DNA of 46,602 bases from an uncultured Bdellovibrionales bacterium (lineage in GTDB: Bacteria; Patescibacteriota; Minisyncoccia; Moranbacterales; UBA9337). Positions within the stretch are counted from its first letter, which is position 1; every line of letters starts with the position of its first letter. The stretch is taken from assembly GCA_964603325.1 (NCBI GenBank), contig CAZRUH010000001.1, forward strand, positions 5,452-52,053, read 5' to 3'. The notes below the pieces were generated by a model. The model made no database searches and had not been told where the DNA came from. It saw only the letters and a list, made by a program, of their open reading frames with translations. A program made the position numbers and the translations under genes. Shown here one piece after another: positions 44,578 through 46,602 of the stretch.

Positions 44578-45891
44578 ATGCAAAGAACTCTAATATCGGA
44601 AACAACAAGAAAAATAGGCGAAAAAATAAGACTTGCGGGAAGAGTTTATAGTCGTCGTGATCATGGAAAATTAGTGTTTATTGATTTGCAAGATCGTAGC
44701 GGTTTAATACAAGTAGTTGTCATTCCGGACAACAAAAAAACCCATCAAATTGCAAAAGATTTGCGGAATGAATACATTGTGGAAATTGAAGGAGTTGTCA
44801 AAGAAAAACCGGGAAATACTAACAGGGATGATTTGTCCAACATTGAAATTGAAGCGAGCAAAATAAATGTTTTATCGGAAGTGATTGGTGATTTGCCTGT
44901 TGACATCTCGGAAAAAGATTTGAACGTCAATCTAGAAACGCTTTTGGGACACAGAACATTAACTTTGCGAAATAATAAAGTTAAGGCAATTTTTAGGGTA
45001 TATGCGGAAATTATAAAGTTTTATGCGGAAATTTTACGCAAATTTGATTTTTTGGAAATAAAAACACCAAAAATTTTAAGTTCGGCAACTGAAGGGGGTG
45101 CAAATTTTTTTAAGATAAAGTATTTTGATCAAGATGCCTTTTTAGCTCAAAGTCCGCAGTTTTATAAACAAGCGGGTGTTGGTATATTTGAAAGAGTTTT
45201 TGAAATTGGCACGGTTTTTCGCGCGGAACCTCATTTTACCAGCAGACATATAAATGAGTATACGAGTTTAGATGCGGAGATGGGTTTTATAAATGGTTTT
45301 GAAGATATAATGAATCAACTTGAAAAAGTTCTAACCTTTGTATTTGATGAAGTGGGAAAGAATTGTGAAAGAGAAATAAATATTTATGATGTTAATGTTC
45401 CAAAAATAAAGACCATTCCAAGAATGAAATTGACAGAAGCACTTAATATATTGGAAAAAGAGTATAAAAAGAAAAGCGAGGGAGTTGATATTGATCCCGA
45501 GGGAGAAAGATTGATTGGGGAATGGGCAAAAAAGAAATATGATAGTGATTTTATTTTCTTAACTCATTATCCGACAAAAATTCGTCCATTTTATACTATG
45601 CCAAGTAAAGATCCTCAGTATACGGAGAGTTTTGATTTAATTTTTAGAGGCATAGAAATTGCTACCGGAGGTCAGAGAATACACAAGTATGATGAATTAC
45701 TTGAAAGCATAAAAAGACATAAAATGAATCCTAAAGATTTTAAGCACTATTTGGATATTTTTCGTTATGGAATGCCTCCGCATGGAGGGTGGGGAATGGG
45801 AAGCGAAAGAATTGTTCAAAAACTTTTGGGATTAAGTAATATCAAGGAAGCGGTCTTATTTCCCAGAGATGTTAAGCGATTAACTCCCTAA
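44578..45891 (+). CDS. aspS: Aspartyl-tRNA synthetase, archaeal/eukaryotic type (short form without the bacterial GAD insertion)
   Basis: 437 aa. OB domain is GRVYSRRDHGKLVFIDLQDRSGLIQVV. Class II motifs are FLAQSPQFYKQ, FRAEPHFTSRHINEYTSLDAEM, GIEIATGGQRIH and PPHGGWGMGSERI. QSPQ.YKQ indicates AspRS rather than AsnRS. Confidence 0.85.
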   Translation: MQRTLISETTRKIGEKIRLAGRVYSRRDHGKLVFIDLQDRSGLIQVVVIPDNKKTHQIAKDLRNEYIVEIEGVVKEKPGNTNRDDLSNIEIEASKINVLSEVIGDLPVDISEKDLNVNLETLLGHRTLTLRNNKVKAIFRVYAEIIKFYAEILRKFDFLEIKTPKILSSATEGGANFFKIKYFDQDAFLAQSPQFYKQAGVGIFERVFEIGTVFRAEPHFTSRHINEYTSLDAEMGFINGFEDIMNQLEKVLTFVFDEVGKNCEREINIYDVNVPKIKTIPRMKLTEALNILEKEYKKKSEGVDIDPEGERLIGEWAKKKYDSDFIFLTHYPTKIRPFYTMPSKDPQYTESFDLIFRGIEIATGGQRIHKYDELLESIKRHKMNPKDFKHYLDIFRYGMPPHGGWGMGSERIVQKLLGLSNIKEAVLFPRDVKRLTP

Positions 45892-45912
45892 TTTTTTGAC
45901 TTAAAAATAAAA

Positions 45913-46602
45913 ATGAAAACAGAAATAAATAATTTTAATCACAAAGAGAAAATAAATAATAAAAAATTGCATATAATCAGTCTGATATCTTTTTTGATGG
46001 GGTTTGCTTCGGCGCTGTTGTCATATGCTATTTCCAGTTATTTAAAAGAAGCTTTGGGAACCGATAATGTCGGTATCGTTTATATTGCTACTTACTTGAT
46101 AGTGCTGTTATTATTGCTTAATTTGCATAAAATTGTTCGTATTACGGGAAAATCATTTACATTGCACTTATCGTTTATATTTAAAATTATTTCAATAGTG
46201 GGATTATTACTTTCCCCGGTGTCTTTTATCGGTATTGGTTTTTTGATTATGTATGCGGTTTCCGGAATTTTGGCTTGGGCAAGTTTGGATGGTATTTTGG
46301 AATCTTTTTCCGAGGATAAACGATCGGGGAGAATAAGAGGGGCTCATCTTGCCATTATAAACGCCGGATTTCTTATGGGTCCTCTTTTATCATCTCAAAT
46401 TTTGGAAAAATATGGTTTTCCGGGATTGTTTTTGTCATCACTTTTGGTTTATATTTGTATATTTATTATTGCAATTATCAATATCAGGCATACAAACCAC
46501 AAATTTAAAAAAGATATAAATGTTGTTGGGTTGCTAAAAAAAGTTTATCAGAGAAAAAACATAATGAAAGTTTATTATATTTCATTTGTTTTGGAATTTT
46601 TC
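45913..46602 (+). CDS. MFS transporter, 5' partial (runs off the window end)
   Basis: Hand translation from ATG 45913 gives 230 codons with no stop before the window end. It has multiple TM helices. The MFS loop 2-3 signature-like sequence is DKRSGRIRGAHLAIINAGFLMGPLLS. It is absent from the ORF track, presumably because no stop lies within the window. Confidence 0.7.
   Translation, partial: MKTEINNFNHKEKINNKKLHIISLISFLMGFASALLSYAISSYLKEALGTDNVGIVYIATYLIVLLLLLNLHKIVRITGKSFTLHLSFIFKIISIVGLLLSPVSFIGIGFLIMYAVSGILAWASLDGILESFSEDKRSGRIRGAHLAIINAGFLMGPLLSSQILEKYGFPGLFLSSLLVYICIFIIAIINIRHTNHKFKKDINVVGLLKKVYQRKNIMKVYYISFVLEFF

Noticed and set aside
1-46602. Alternative genetic code, such as UGA recoding as in some candidate phyla, or general TAA reassignment.
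   Set aside because: All recognisable conserved genes (ribosomal proteins, lysS, aspS, topA, dnaB, priA, murC/G, rel) are full length and end where expected under standard stops. The rpoA TAA is the only in-frame stop seen.
1-46602. CRISPR arrays, transposases/IS elements, integrases, prophage or plasmid genes.
   Set aside because: No regularly spaced direct repeats were seen in any intergenic region. No ORF carries recognisable transposase, integrase, relaxase or phage structural motifs.

Overview
AT-rich, gene-dense bacterial chromosomal fragment with about 47 CDS and 1 tRNA. It reads cleanly under the standard genetic code. No CRISPR array, transposase, integrase or prophage genes were seen. 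All product calls come from motifs I recognise in the supplied translations; no searches were run.

Layout:
- 0.3-5.2 kb: surface protein, orphan sensor histidine kinase, GT4 glycosyltransferase, flippase-like membrane protein.
- 5.2 kb: tRNA-Ser(CGA).
- 5.5-9.9 kb: infA-rpmJ-rpsK-rpsM-rpsD-rpoA-rplQ-rplM-rpsI. rpmJ is absent from the ORF track.
- 10.2-12.7 kb: lysS and a two-gene permease.
- 12.7-22.1 kb, minus strand: csp, a GT39/ArnT-like GT-C glycosyltransferase, a Wzx-like flippase, a divergent Tmk-like P-loop kinase, rtcB, a GT4, priA.
- 22.3-25.4 kb: large Cys-rich surface protein followed by a sortase.
- 25.5-30.4 kb: scpA, scpB, a D-Ala-D-Ala carboxypeptidase, murG, murC.
- 30.4-37.9 kb: rel, topA, dprA, rnhA, recR, dnaB.
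- 37.9-42.1 kb: a sigma-region-4/HARE-HTH protein, a membrane-anchored unknown protein, and a VirD4/TraD-like ATPase with a Lys-rich zinc-ribbon tail.
- 42.2-46.6 kb: DMT transporter, membrane-anchored clan GH-A-like hydrolase, small 2-TM protein, archaeal-type aspS, partial MFS transporter.

The gene content and style suggest a Candidate Phyla Radiation (Patescibacteria)-like genome: very low GC, N-terminally extended ribosomal proteins, many envelope and glycosylation genes, and compact housekeeping blocks. This is inference only.

Most noteworthy:
1. The orphan coupling-protein-like ATPase module at 37.96-42.13 kb has no other secretion or conjugation genes in view. It is my best candidate for an uncharacterised DNA-translocation system.
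2. A single in-frame TAA interrupts essential rpoA inside the N-terminal domain.
3. A sortase fused to thrombospondin-type-3 Ca-binding repeats sits next to a substrate with a non-canonical TPATG sorting signal.
4. rpsK precedes rpsM, the reverse of the usual order.
5. Two interleaved 9-10 bp stems (pseudoknot or switch) lie upstream of lysS.
6. rtcB is tightly coupled to a non-canonical P-loop kinase.
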